This document shows, one piece after another, positions 17,074 to 26,502 of a stretch of DNA of 37,845 nucleotides. This DNA comes from Chthonomonadaceae bacterium (GTDB lineage: Bacteria; Armatimonadota; Chthonomonadetes; Chthonomonadales; Chthonomonadaceae). A program made the position numbers and the translations under genes. The notes beneath the pieces are model-generated. The model worked only from the letters and a program-made list of their open reading frames with translations, was not told the DNA's origin and did no database searches. The DNA lies in NCBI GenBank assembly GCA_035650735.1, contig DASRGZ010000021.1, positions 1-37,845 of the forward strand. Reading direction: 5' to 3'. Position 1 is the stretch's first letter; each line of letters opens with the position of its first letter.

Positions 17074-17228
17074 AATGGCATCCTCCTTCCAGTACCGACA
17101 CAGCAGAAACCCTCCGCCGCGCTCCGTAACGGGCCTCGTCCGGCCTTGTGGAGTGCAGCGAAGGGTTTTCTGGAAAGCCTCATCCCCTTTGCCGGAACCG
17201 TTCTGTACCCGGCTGGTGGGGTGGCTGC

Positions 17229-18071
17229 TTAGTGCGTGGTCAGATTTGGGGCGCGCTGGGCGGGCGCGCTGAGGGCATTTCCCGCCGGGGCGCCGTTCTC
17301 ACCCGTCACCGGAACCGCTCCGCCCATCGGAGGCAGGCCCTGCGAGACCGGCGCCGTGGGCAGATTCGTCGGAACCTCGGTGGACAGGACGCGGCGGGCA
17401 ATCTTCAGCTCGGTCACTTTGCCGATAGGCCAGATGGCGCGCTCGCTTCCGCGCTCCACCACCACACCGTACTCGGAAAGACGCCGCACCTTCCAGCCAT
17501 AGAGGGAGTCGCCCACGCGCGGGAAGTAGGTCTGGTCGCCCTCGGTCAGCATCGCGAAGCCGTCCTTGCCGATCACGACGCCTTCGACCTTGAGCGGGTG
17601 GGCCACGTAGGTTGTCACCCACTGCGGGCGCGGCCCGGTCTCGGTATTCCCGCCATTCTCACCCCCCCAGGGGGACGGAGAGGGCCTGTAGAACGGATTG
17701 GGGGCCGGCGTAGGATTAGGATGCGGCGCAGGAGCGGGGGTCACATGGGGCAAGGAAGGCGGCGTGGGCTTCATAAGCCGGAAGGCATTCGCCGAACCGC
17801 CAGGCACGAGCGGGCTGCCGGGCTGCGGCTCCGCATCCAGCTGCGTCAGCGTCCGCACCTGGCCCGGCTGATACTGCGCGGTCTCGACCACGCTGGCCTT
17901 TTGCACCGTTGCCGTGGGGTTGGTGGTGGGCGCCGCCGCAGCGCTTGTGGCGGCGCCTGCCGCCGGCGAACGGGTCGCCGAGATAATTTGCCAGATAACG
18001 ATAGGGATGACGATAAGAATGGCGATAATCAGCCCTATGATTTTTGGCGTGTCAGAAGGTTTTGTTTGCAT
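17229..18071 (-). CDS. Type IV filament accessory protein (PilP/GspC-like): TM anchor, Pro-rich linker, small beta domain
   Basis: N-terminal TM; NPF motif; LKVEGVVIGKDGFAML..YFPRVGDSLYGWKVRRLSEYGVVV resembles the PilP/GspC HR beta domain; last gene of the cluster. Confidence 0.6.
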   Translation of the reverse strand: MQTKPSDTPKIIGLIIAILIVIPIVIWQIISATRSPAAGAATSAAAAPTTNPTATVQKASVVETAQYQPGQVRTLTQLDAEPQPGSPLVPGGSANAFRLMKPTPPSLPHVTPAPAPHPNPTPAPNPFYRPSPSPWGGENGGNTETGPRPQWVTTYVAHPLKVEGVVIGKDGFAMLTEGDQTYFPRVGDSLYGWKVRRLSEYGVVVERGSERAIWPIGKVTELKIARRVLSTEVPTNLPTAPVSQGLPPMGGAVPVTGENGAPAGNALSAPAQRAPNLTTH

Positions 18072-18185
18072 GTTACTTTCTCCAAAAAACGCCGATGCGC
18101 CCCGTCCGGAGCCCGGGCAGACAAGGGCAGCATCGGGGCCTACTTCGATGGTACAGACCGAGCCCTCGCGTCGGATCGGCGCAGG

Positions 18186-20048
18186 CTACTCTTTGATGAG
18201 ATGCGGCGTGACAAACACCAGCACCTCCTGGCGCGTATGCGTGCGACTGTGATTGCGGAACAACTGGCCGATAAGCGGGATATCGCCCAGAATGGGCACC
18301 TTGCTAAAGGTTTTCGTGTCCTCATCCTGGAGCAGGCCGCCGATGACGATGGTCTCCCCGCTCTTGATCCGGATCGTCGTCTGAGCCTCGCGGTTGAGCG
18401 TGTTGAAAAGGCCGGTAGTGGGATTTATGTCCGTAACAGAACTCACGATCGGATGCACGCGCAGTTGAATCATCTCATCATCCAGGATGCGCGGCGTCAT
18501 CTGCAAAATGATGCCTACCGGGATCTCCACCACCTGGTTGAGGATGATGCTGCCGGTCCCAATGCCCACGTTCGTCGGGATAGTCGAGATCTGAATGCGG
18601 CGCGTCTCACCGACAAAGATGATGCCCTCTTCGTTATCCAGGGCCGTAATGGTCGGTTTGGCAAGGATTCGCACGTCCGTGCGCTGGAAGAAGGCATTGA
18701 GAATGGTGTTAAAAGAGAGCGGCAGACGCGCCCAGTTGCCCAGGCTAAAGTTATTCCGCACCGGGCTGGTAGGATTAAACTCAGGCCGCGTCGCGTTCGG
18801 CCCCTCGAACACGCTGGTCGAGAGGGAAGACGACCACTGGATGCCCAGGTTCTGTACTGTGGACGGATTGGCGCTGATCACTTTGACATCCAGGGCGACC
18901 TGCGGCGTAGGAATGTCTATCTCGTTGAGCATCTTGAGCGCCGCCGTGACGAGCTCCTCTGTGCCGCCAATGATCAGCGTTCGCGATTGCAGTCCGTTGA
19001 TGTTCTGCTGGGCGCCGACCCCACCGGTGATCCCACCGGCGCCGCCGGTCTGGTCCGACGTCTCACCGCCCGTTCCGATCCCGCCGCTGGCGCCGCCCCC
19101 GCCGAAGCCGCCGGAAGTGCCGCCGCCAATACCGCCGCCCGTGGTGCCGCCGCCGGTGCCCCCCGTGGTGCCCAGAACGGCGCCGGTGGCCAGATCGATC
19201 CGGCGGCGTGGGATCAGGAACGGCTCGGGGCCGTTGACAACGGTGATATTCTGGAACGCCTGGCGCAGCGAATTGGCAAGGGAGCGCGCGCTGGAGTACT
19301 TAACACGATAGACCACGTAGCGGGAATTGGTCACCCGAACTTGATCCAGCGATTGTACCAGTTCCGTGGCCCGCTGGATTTCGGTCTGCGGCAGGGTAAG
19401 GGCGAGCCGGTTCTCTCCCACCGCCTGGGCCGCATCTTTGCCGAAGGCATTGTTGAGAACGGGCACGATGTCGGTCGCCTTCACATTTGATAACGGCAAC
19501 ACCACCGTTTCTTTGGAGACGGTGCTGGCTGCGGAGGTAATATCCAGATTGCGCAGCTGCTCGCGGGCTTTGGCGATGTCCTCCGGTGCGCCGATCAGGG
19601 TCAGGGTACGCCCGATAGGATGCACGGTCAGCATGGGGAATGCTTCGCGCAGGGCCGCAGCAATGGCGGCCGGATCGCCGTTGACGACGGGTACGTTCTC
19701 CTGGAAGCCAAACTGCTCCAGAACCTTGGGCATCTGCTCAGCCTTGGCCACGATGAACGTATTGTCAATGCGCCGATACGCCAGGCCGGCCAGTGCCGCG
19801 ACCGTGCGGACCCCCTCATCCACTGTGACGTTGTTGAGCGTCACGGTGACTTTCGTATTGAGCTCTTCCGGCAAGACAATATTGGCCCTGGCCTTGCGCG
19901 CCAGGGCGCTGAGGACTTTGGAAACCTCGGTGTTGCGGAAATAGAGGCCCTGCACCCTGCTCTCGGCGCCCTGCGCCTGGAGACGGGGCAGGGCCGCGGG
20001 GGGAGCAAGCAGAACAGCACAGGTCATTACAGCCAAGCAGATACGCAT
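18186..20048 (-). CDS. pilQ: Secretin (PilQ/GspD family)
   Basis: GGAGG RBS before ATG 20048; signal peptide; N domains; IDIPTPQVALDVKV, ILAKPTITALDNEEG, IKSGETIVIGGL, KVPILGDIPLIGQLFR and EVLVFVTPHLI. Confidence 0.92.
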   Translation of the reverse strand: MRICLAVMTCAVLLAPPAALPRLQAQGAESRVQGLYFRNTEVSKVLSALARKARANIVLPEELNTKVTVTLNNVTVDEGVRTVAALAGLAYRRIDNTFIVAKAEQMPKVLEQFGFQENVPVVNGDPAAIAAALREAFPMLTVHPIGRTLTLIGAPEDIAKAREQLRNLDITSAASTVSKETVVLPLSNVKATDIVPVLNNAFGKDAAQAVGENRLALTLPQTEIQRATELVQSLDQVRVTNSRYVVYRVKYSSARSLANSLRQAFQNITVVNGPEPFLIPRRRIDLATGAVLGTTGGTGGGTTGGGIGGGTSGGFGGGGASGGIGTGGETSDQTGGAGGITGGVGAQQNINGLQSRTLIIGGTEELVTAALKMLNEIDIPTPQVALDVKVISANPSTVQNLGIQWSSSLSTSVFEGPNATRPEFNPTSPVRNNFSLGNWARLPLSFNTILNAFFQRTDVRILAKPTITALDNEEGIIFVGETRRIQISTIPTNVGIGTGSIILNQVVEIPVGIILQMTPRILDDEMIQLRVHPIVSSVTDINPTTGLFNTLNREAQTTIRIKSGETIVIGGLLQDEDTKTFSKVPILGDIPLIGQLFRNHSRTHTRQEVLVFVTPHLIKE

Positions 20049-20309
20049 GTTTTCCTCCGTGAAATCGGCTTCACCTTGCCGACAGGATGGGCTGCTGCAA
20101 TTACCAGACTCAGCCCCAATGCCAGGGCGACTCAGGCCCTGGCATTGCCGGGCGCCGACCTCCCAGGAGCAGGGGATGGCGCGCAAGAGAGTGCATGGGA
20201 CAGGAGGCCGCTCCCCTAAAGGGGTGGGCTTGCAGTCGGCAACCCGGTCCTTGAGGGCCGGGCGCAGCTACCTATCCCTACGCGCTCTCAGACCCGCCAG
20301 GCAGCAGGA

Positions 20310-21056
20310 TCAGCGCGCGGCGCTGGCGGAGGTGGCGGCGGGAGCAGCAGTTCCTGTCAGGCCCGGACTGGCCGGAGCGCCCGGAGTGACGGCCGAAGGC
20401 GTCTCCATAGGACGCACAAACCGGGTCAGAGTCAGGCGCGCGGTGAGCTGGCCTTGGTCGGTTAGTTCGGAAAAGCTGGCCTTGTTGATGTTGATGGCCC
20501 GCGTGGTATAACGGTAGTTCTTCAGCAGATAGAGAAAGAGGCGGATCCGGTCATAGGTGCCCCGCACCGCTAACTCGCCCGAAATGGCCCTGGCATCACG
20601 CGGTAGGTTGGTCAGCGAATAAGTGGCGGCCTGATTGCTGTTAGGCTGCGACGTGTTGGTCGTTGTGGTCGCGGCCGTCGTCGCCGTTGTGCCTGCGCTG
20701 CTGGTGCTGCCGGGAGCGCTGCCGGCGTTGAGCGAGGGCAGCGGCTCGGGAGTGGTATTGACCCAGCTCTTGAAGGTAACCCCGGATTGAGCGATCAGGG
20801 CCCGCAATTCGGCCAGGAAGCGGGTGTTCTCCATGGTATTTTTCGGGTCTATCTCCAGAACCAGATTGCCTACCGGCGAGACCGTGAGCTGTTTCTTCTT
20901 ATCTTCCATCGCGGCGATTTGCGTCTGGATTTCATTCTCTTGTTCCAGGGTTCGGCTATACTGGTTATATTTGTAGAACCCAATGGTAAAGGCCAGAACC
21001 AGGCAGACGATAGGAACCGCCCAGGTCGCTACCGTCATCCAATTATAACGCGACAT
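20310..21056 (-). CDS. PilO/GspM-like alignment protein
   Basis: TM plus coiled coil, FLAELRALIAQSGV and ELAVRGTYDRIRLFLYLL (PilO ferredoxin-like motif); lies between pilMN and the secretin. Confidence 0.75.
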   Translation of the reverse strand: MSRYNWMTVATWAVPIVCLVLAFTIGFYKYNQYSRTLEQENEIQTQIAAMEDKKKQLTVSPVGNLVLEIDPKNTMENTRFLAELRALIAQSGVTFKSWVNTTPEPLPSLNAGSAPGSTSSAGTTATTAATTTTNTSQPNSNQAATYSLTNLPRDARAISGELAVRGTYDRIRLFLYLLKNYRYTTRAININKASFSELTDQGQLTARLTLTRFVRPMETPSAVTPGAPASPGLTGTAAPAATSASAAR

Positions 21057-21204
21057 AATACCTTCTATCTCCTCGCTCCAGGGCAAGAATGCGCTCTCCT
21101 TGCTGTGGCCCCTACGCTCCTCTGCAAGTTCGGCGAGGAAGCGGCGCCTTCTTACCGTGGATGGCGACCGGTGGCAGGCCGAGAGACCTGCCCACGGCGC
21201 GATG

Positions 21205-22986
21205 TTATTGCGTGGCGGTACGGGAACTAAGCATCTCCTGAGCCGCCTGCGTGCCTTTCAGAGCCGTCTCCATATTAAAGCGCACGATACTCGAGCCGCC
21301 TGCGCCGTTCTCCAGGCCCATCGTATCGAGCCGGACGACGCGCGGAGGCACCAGATACTCGCTGCAATCATGCAGGTGGGCATCAAAGTTAAGATATTCC
21401 AGCAGCGTGCGCGCATTTCCTTCCAGCGTGATCTTGCCTTTGCGGTCAATCGTGACGTTGGTAAGCCCGATGCCCGACTTGGGCAGCGCCCCGGTGATGA
21501 CATCCATCAGGCCCGGCACCGGCAGGTTATCGGTTTTAATAATTCCCGCCAGAACGCTCTCTTCCTGCAAGTCCTTGAGCTTGGCGTTATAGTCCTTCGT
21601 GCTGCCGATCAAGGTATTCTTCTTGCTATCCACCCGATGCTGCTCGATGGTAGCGGAGCGGTTATACAGGAAGGCAAAGAAGAGACCGCCAAACAGGATA
21701 CAGACCGAAATAATCATGGAGGCCGTCAGGCGATCCCGCTCCACGGGCACCATGCCGCCGGCAGCGGCAGCGGTCGCCAGGTTAAAGCGGGGCACCTGCT
21801 TCCAGTCCGGGGTCAGCGCATGCAGGGCCAGGCCCGCCGCGCCGAGGAAGCGCAGTCCCTGCGGGGGCTCCAGCATCGTCACCGTCTGCGGGGGCAGGCT
21901 GGGATCGGTCGGCGTTTCGACCACGCGCACATCCATGCGCAGGGCATCCTGCAGCCACTCGCTGACCCGTTCGGCTTCGGGATCGTTGGTCGTCAGAATA
22001 ACGCGCCCGATGGCCGTGGAGTTGGGGAACTCACGGCGATAGTAATCCAGGGAACGCTGCACCTCATTGGCCAGCGCGGCCGCCGCCTGGGGGATAATAT
22101 CGCCCACGTTGCTGGGGCTCACCGACCCCAACGGCCCGGTGCCGCTCCCTAACGGCCCGGTGCCGCCCTGATTGGTGCCGGCAGCCAGCCCGCCCGGGTT
22201 GAGCTCGGCCGTGTCCTCCTCGTTATACAGCGCGCGCGGCCCCGAGCGCCCGCCCGTCAGGTCCGCCGTCGACTCGCCGCCCAGGTTGACCGGCCCGCCC
22301 GGAGAGCCCGCCCCAGTCTTGCGCCCAACGATGAAGTCGTTGCTGCCGATCTCGACGCGGCGCGACAGGCGCAGGTGCGTATGGTCCACAATGGAGAGCT
22401 CCGAGCGCTGCGGGGTGATCGCCAGGCAGAGCGCAGCCGGCTCCGTCTCGATCATCGGGAAGGCGGCCCGATACAGCGCCAGGGTGATCGGCTCCAGCGC
22501 CAGCAGTTGCAGGCCGGCCTTCTCTATCGTCAGCCGATAGCCCTGCGCGATGCGCTCATCCACCGCCATCACCTGAACCGAGGGCAGCGCGTCCGAGTTG
22601 AACGTCGAAGCATCCAGGCGGAAATAGTCGAAGGCGGCGGTGCCGGCCTGTAGGATCTGGTAGTGGGTCAATTCGCCTTCGACGACGGTACGCAGCTCGG
22701 CATCGGGAACGCGGGGGATAGAGAAGATGCGCGAGACCACGCTCTGCACGCCCATACCGACGACGGCGGCACGGGCCTGGCAGTTGAGGCGGTTGTGCAG
22801 TCCACGGATGAGGTCGGCGACGACTTCGACCTGCACGATGCGGTCGCCGTCCATTGCGCCCGGCGGCAGGGGTACAAAGCCCGCTTTCAGGATCTGGGGC
22901 TGCGCGCCTCCGCCGCGCATTTCAACCATGCGGACTTCGCGCGCGCCGATTTCGACGCCCAGGACGGTCCGTTTTGGATTAGCCAT
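21205..22986 (-). CDS. pilM: Fused PilM-PilN type IV pilus assembly protein
   Basis: VLGVEIGAREVRMVE, EVQRSLDYY and GLALH (PilM actin-like), then FNL, a TM helix, coiled coil and ITGALPKSGIGLTNVTIDRKGKITLEGNA (PilN-like) in one ORF. Confidence 0.85.
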   Translation of the reverse strand: MANPKRTVLGVEIGAREVRMVEMRGGGAQPQILKAGFVPLPPGAMDGDRIVQVEVVADLIRGLHNRLNCQARAAVVGMGVQSVVSRIFSIPRVPDAELRTVVEGELTHYQILQAGTAAFDYFRLDASTFNSDALPSVQVMAVDERIAQGYRLTIEKAGLQLLALEPITLALYRAAFPMIETEPAALCLAITPQRSELSIVDHTHLRLSRRVEIGSNDFIVGRKTGAGSPGGPVNLGGESTADLTGGRSGPRALYNEEDTAELNPGGLAAGTNQGGTGPLGSGTGPLGSVSPSNVGDIIPQAAAALANEVQRSLDYYRREFPNSTAIGRVILTTNDPEAERVSEWLQDALRMDVRVVETPTDPSLPPQTVTMLEPPQGLRFLGAAGLALHALTPDWKQVPRFNLATAAAAGGMVPVERDRLTASMIISVCILFGGLFFAFLYNRSATIEQHRVDSKKNTLIGSTKDYNAKLKDLQEESVLAGIIKTDNLPVPGLMDVITGALPKSGIGLTNVTIDRKGKITLEGNARTLLEYLNFDAHLHDCSEYLVPPRVVRLDTMGLENGAGGSSIVRFNMETALKGTQAAQEMLSSRTATQ

Positions 22987-23235
22987 GGTAAGAAGTACTC
23001 CAATTGATCGGTGAGATCAGTCTTACAGGGTCCGGGCAGAGCTTGCCCGAACTTAAGCGTACACAAGCTGCGCGGCTGTCCTGCAGGCGCAGCGGGATGC
23101 GAATGGCAAAGCCCGTGAGGTTCCCGGACAGAACCGCAGGGGCATCGGATAAGAGACCGCTTGCATCAGGTCTCAGAGTGTCTATGGAACCCAGCAGTAC
23201 CCGGCCCTAAAGGAGGGTGCTAAGGGGACTAACTA

Positions 23236-23279
23236 CCTCAGAACCTTGAGAACCTTCAGAACCCTTAGAAACCTCAGAC
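23236..23279. repeat. Degenerate 9-mer tandem repeat (CCTTAGAAC)n
   Basis: cctcagaac cttgagaac cttcagaac ccttagaaa cctcagac; same unit at 32456-32507. Confidence 0.75.
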
Positions 23280-23963
23280 TTAGGGCACGGCCCGGTTATA
23301 GGGCGAGCGCAGATGGACGGCGCTGGTCAGCGTACGCACATATTCCTTACTGCCGGTGACCGAAGCGGGAATGCGCGCCGTGACCGTCACATAGATGGTG
23401 GTCAGCTCGTACGCGGCGCGCGTCGTGGCTGCCGGCTGTGTGGTGCGGATAAACGTCCAGCCGTTATCCTGCGTGGCGGCCCGATATTCATACTCGAATG
23501 AGACCGAATCGATATACTTCGCCATTTTGGTTTGCATGAAGCCATCGGCGTAATTGCGCACCAGAAACGGCACATCCGATCCGGGTTGGACACTATAGTG
23601 CACCGAGTAGCCTCCCGCCGCCCAGGCAAGCGGGGTGGTTAACTGGCTGCCATCGCTGCTGGAAACATCGATCAGGGCGTTGTTATTGGAGTGGTCAATG
23701 GTTTCGATGGAGCCTCCCGCCATGCGTATCTCGTCGCAGAGCACATCCAGGGCGCGGCGTGCCTCGTAATTGACGCGGTTCCAATAAAGCGTATCCTGAT
23801 AGGAGCGCCAGTGGGTCATCAGCAGGGCGCCTACCCCGGTAGCAACGATGGTGACGATGATCCCGGCAACCAGGAGCTCCACCAGGGTAAACCCGGAACG
23901 AGCGCCCCGAAGAGCACCCTCCCGGCGTCTTGCCGGTGCGCCCGTATTGGCAAGGGCACTCAT
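23280..23963 (-). CDS. Minor pilin/pseudopilin (PilW/GspJ-like)
   Basis: SG|FTLVELLVAGII and EARRALDVLCDEIRMAG. Confidence 0.85.
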   Translation of the reverse strand: MSALANTGAPARRREGALRGARSGFTLVELLVAGIIVTIVATGVGALLMTHWRSYQDTLYWNRVNYEARRALDVLCDEIRMAGGSIETIDHSNNNALIDVSSSDGSQLTTPLAWAAGGYSVHYSVQPGSDVPFLVRNYADGFMQTKMAKYIDSVSFEYEYRAATQDNGWTFIRTTQPAATTRAAYELTTIYVTVTARIPASVTGSKEYVRTLTSAVHLRSPYNRAVP

Positions 23964-24574
23964 TGGATCCCTCCTTCGGTCAGAAACGTCTGCACCTGGC
24001 AGAGCGGATCGGTCCCCACGGTCCCATTCGCGTTCACCAGATTGACGGTAACCGAGACCAGCTCCAGGTTCAGGTCCGAGCGGGGGGCGGTATCGGAGTG
24101 GCGCACCATCGTTGTCGCCCGATAGCGAATGTCGCCGACGCCAGCCGGCGGCGTTGGATCGGTATCGCTATAAGCCAGCTCCTGAAGCTCTGGAGAGTAG
24201 AAGCGATAGGTAACGATGTTGGGCGAGCTCCATTGACTGACGTTGGGATCGGTGGGGTCTGGCGCGCTGATCGGGTGCAGCTTTTGCGGGTCGCTTAGAT
24301 TGAAGCCGTTCATGCTGAAGCCGTTGACACGGGCGCGCTCCAGCACCATGCGGGCGCACTCATAGCCGGCGCTCCGATCTTCGGTGGTGATGGTACTGCG
24401 CATCATGGTAAGCCAGGTTTCCACCAGCCCCATCAGGGCAAAGGCCAGAATCACGCCGGCAACCAGCATCTCCACCAGGGTCAGACCGTGATGGGCCCGT
24501 CTGCGCAGATGGGGGAGGCACGCTCTCCTGTACAAATAAGGATGTCTCAGTTGCATCTGTGCATGCTTCTCCAT
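23960..24574 (-). CDS. Minor pilin/pseudopilin (PilV/GspI-like)
   Basis: HG|LTLVEMLVAGVILAFALMGL; ATGA overlap with the next gene. Confidence 0.85.
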   Translation of the reverse strand: MEKHAQMQLRHPYLYRRACLPHLRRRAHHGLTLVEMLVAGVILAFALMGLVETWLTMMRSTITTEDRSAGYECARMVLERARVNGFSMNGFNLSDPQKLHPISAPDPTDPNVSQWSSPNIVTYRFYSPELQELAYSDTDPTPPAGVGDIRYRATTMVRHSDTAPRSDLNLELVSVTVNLVNANGTVGTDPLCQVQTFLTEGGIQ

Positions 24575-26344
24575 CTAGGGGTAGGGGCCATAGTTGGGCT
24601 GTGGCGCCTTGTTCTGGAACAGTGGGGTGTCATCGCCACTGCCGGGAGGAGGCGGAATGATCTCTTTATGCAGCGAGTCGAGCCGATAATAGAGCACATA
24701 CTGGCGCGGATCGGCCGCGTCCTCTACGGCCCCTGACTGAGGCCGTTGGACGGTGATGGCGCCGCCGTTGGAGATCAGGGAAACGGTATCGCCGATGATA
24801 TAGTTGACCGTCATGCGCCCGACGTTGTTGATGATGGAGTTGGAAATCTGAATGGTGCCTCCGTAAACCAGCCCTTGAATCTGCGGGGCAACATAGAAGG
24901 TATAGTTGCCGTTGTCCATAGAGATGGGCGTGAAGTTGCGTTGCGCTATGGTGGGCGTGAAATTGAGCGCCTTTGTCGAGTTATTGAGCCAGATAATCGA
25001 GGGGTTGTTCTGGCGCCCCTGCCGGTTAATCAGGTTACAATAGCCCAGATTGGTGACGGTATTCGGCTGCCCCAGATCGCCATCCAGAAGGATGCGCAGG
25101 GTGTTCACCCCCAGGGGCGAATCGGCGACCGCCTGGTTAGGCTCCGGCCCGGTATCCAGGATCAGGATGTCGTTGCGCCCCATCTGGATGCCCTTAAAAT
25201 AGAACAGGTTGCCCATCCCGTTGCCGCTGGCATCCTTCACGCTCAGGCAGACGATATGGTATGAGCTATACGTACCGACCGGGGCCGATTTTGCGAAAAC
25301 GCTATAAGGGTCGGCGGCGTTGTCTGTCAACCTATCCGGCGGGCGGCCGGTAAATTCGGAAAATTGGGAAAGCGGCTTCCAGATATTGCGCTGATGGAGC
25401 GGATCGGTCGGGTCTGCGGTATACACCCAGATCTGATCCAACGGATTGACGCCCGATTGGCGGTCCGGAGCCAGTTCTGCCGGGGCCTTGTTGGCATAGA
25501 TATACCGGGTCACCTGCTCCACCGTGGGCCAGGCCACATTATCGGAGAGGCGGGCCACGTCCCAGTTTGCGGGCCAACTGCCCTGGCCTGCCGGCGGCTG
25601 CCGGTCCGCATCCGTGCCCATGATGAACTGGGAAGCGGTGCGGCGTCCCGGAGCGCTGCTATAGTTGGGGACACCTCCGGGCATCGCCACGCTGCGATTG
25701 ATGCCCATCATGCCCGAGATGTTGATCCCGCTGCCGGGCGAAGGGGTGCTATTCAGAGTCAGCAGGTTCGTGGCAAACAGGACGTAACGGGTATACAGGT
25801 TCACCGGCAAGCCGTTAAAGGAGACCGCCCGCTGCACATGCGTGATCGGATCCTCCCCGATGGAAATGACCTTGAAGGCATTGGGAGGCTGCCAGGCATT
25901 CTGACCGTCCAGAGTAACGGTAAAGGTGCGAAAGGCACCCTGGAAGTGAGCCGGGTTATTGGGATCGGCGCTGTCTTCGTTAGCAATATTGTTGTAATCG
26001 GCAAACTGCACCGGGCTGCCGGCGCCGTTGAAGCGGTCGCTATTGGCCGCCTGAAACTGGTCATAGGTCATATAACCGGGTATGCCGCCCGGATGGCCGG
26101 GAGGAAGACAGCGCGACATCTGGTTTAGCTGCCAGTTGGCGCCGGCTTCGGCGATATGGATGACGCGGGAGGCATTGCGCTGGGTTTCCGCTAGGTTGAC
26201 ATGCGAGCCGACGAAGATGAACATGCCGGCGATGACTGTCATGGTGATCAGGACAGCCGCCAGCGCGAACATCAGCGCGGCGCCACGCTGCCGGCCTGGT
26301 TTGCGCGCCTTACCTGGAAGGCGGGGTGGGTAGAACTTCGCCAT
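24575..26344 (-). CDS. Large PilX/GspK-like minor pilin
   Basis: RQRG|AALMFALAAVLI (no Glu5, typical of PilX/GspK), IAEAGANW and FKVISIG; large C-terminal extension; start at ATG 26344. Confidence 0.8.
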   Translation of the reverse strand: MAKFYPPRLPGKARKPGRQRGAALMFALAAVLITMTVIAGMFIFVGSHVNLAETQRNASRVIHIAEAGANWQLNQMSRCLPPGHPGGIPGYMTYDQFQAANSDRFNGAGSPVQFADYNNIANEDSADPNNPAHFQGAFRTFTVTLDGQNAWQPPNAFKVISIGEDPITHVQRAVSFNGLPVNLYTRYVLFATNLLTLNSTPSPGSGINISGMMGINRSVAMPGGVPNYSSAPGRRTASQFIMGTDADRQPPAGQGSWPANWDVARLSDNVAWPTVEQVTRYIYANKAPAELAPDRQSGVNPLDQIWVYTADPTDPLHQRNIWKPLSQFSEFTGRPPDRLTDNAADPYSVFAKSAPVGTYSSYHIVCLSVKDASGNGMGNLFYFKGIQMGRNDILILDTGPEPNQAVADSPLGVNTLRILLDGDLGQPNTVTNLGYCNLINRQGRQNNPSIIWLNNSTKALNFTPTIAQRNFTPISMDNGNYTFYVAPQIQGLVYGGTIQISNSIINNVGRMTVNYIIGDTVSLISNGGAITVQRPQSGAVEDAADPRQYVLYYRLDSLHKEIIPPPPGSGDDTPLFQNKAPQPNYGPYP

Positions 26345-26502
26345 AATCGTTCCCTGTGCTTCCTTGCCTACGGTTCGCCGTGCAATGCCGCCTGCGCAGG
26401 GCACGGGTCCGGCGGTGAGGGCCAGCTTCGGCCAGGCCCGCAACAAGCGTAGGGGCATTGCGGGTTGATGATCTCTCCGTAAGGGCCTGTCAGCCTGAAA
26501 GC

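Noticed and set aside
17148..19490. 780-aa plus-strand ORF
   Set aside because: Antisense shadow of the secretin and pilP-like genes; Arg/Gly-rich with no motifs, as expected in high-GC DNA.
20236..20272. c-di-GMP-I riboswitch-like stem (ggcaacccggtccttgagggccgggcgcagc)
   Set aside because: Antisense to the pilus genes and lacks the GNRA loop, the GCAAA segment and a P3 stem.
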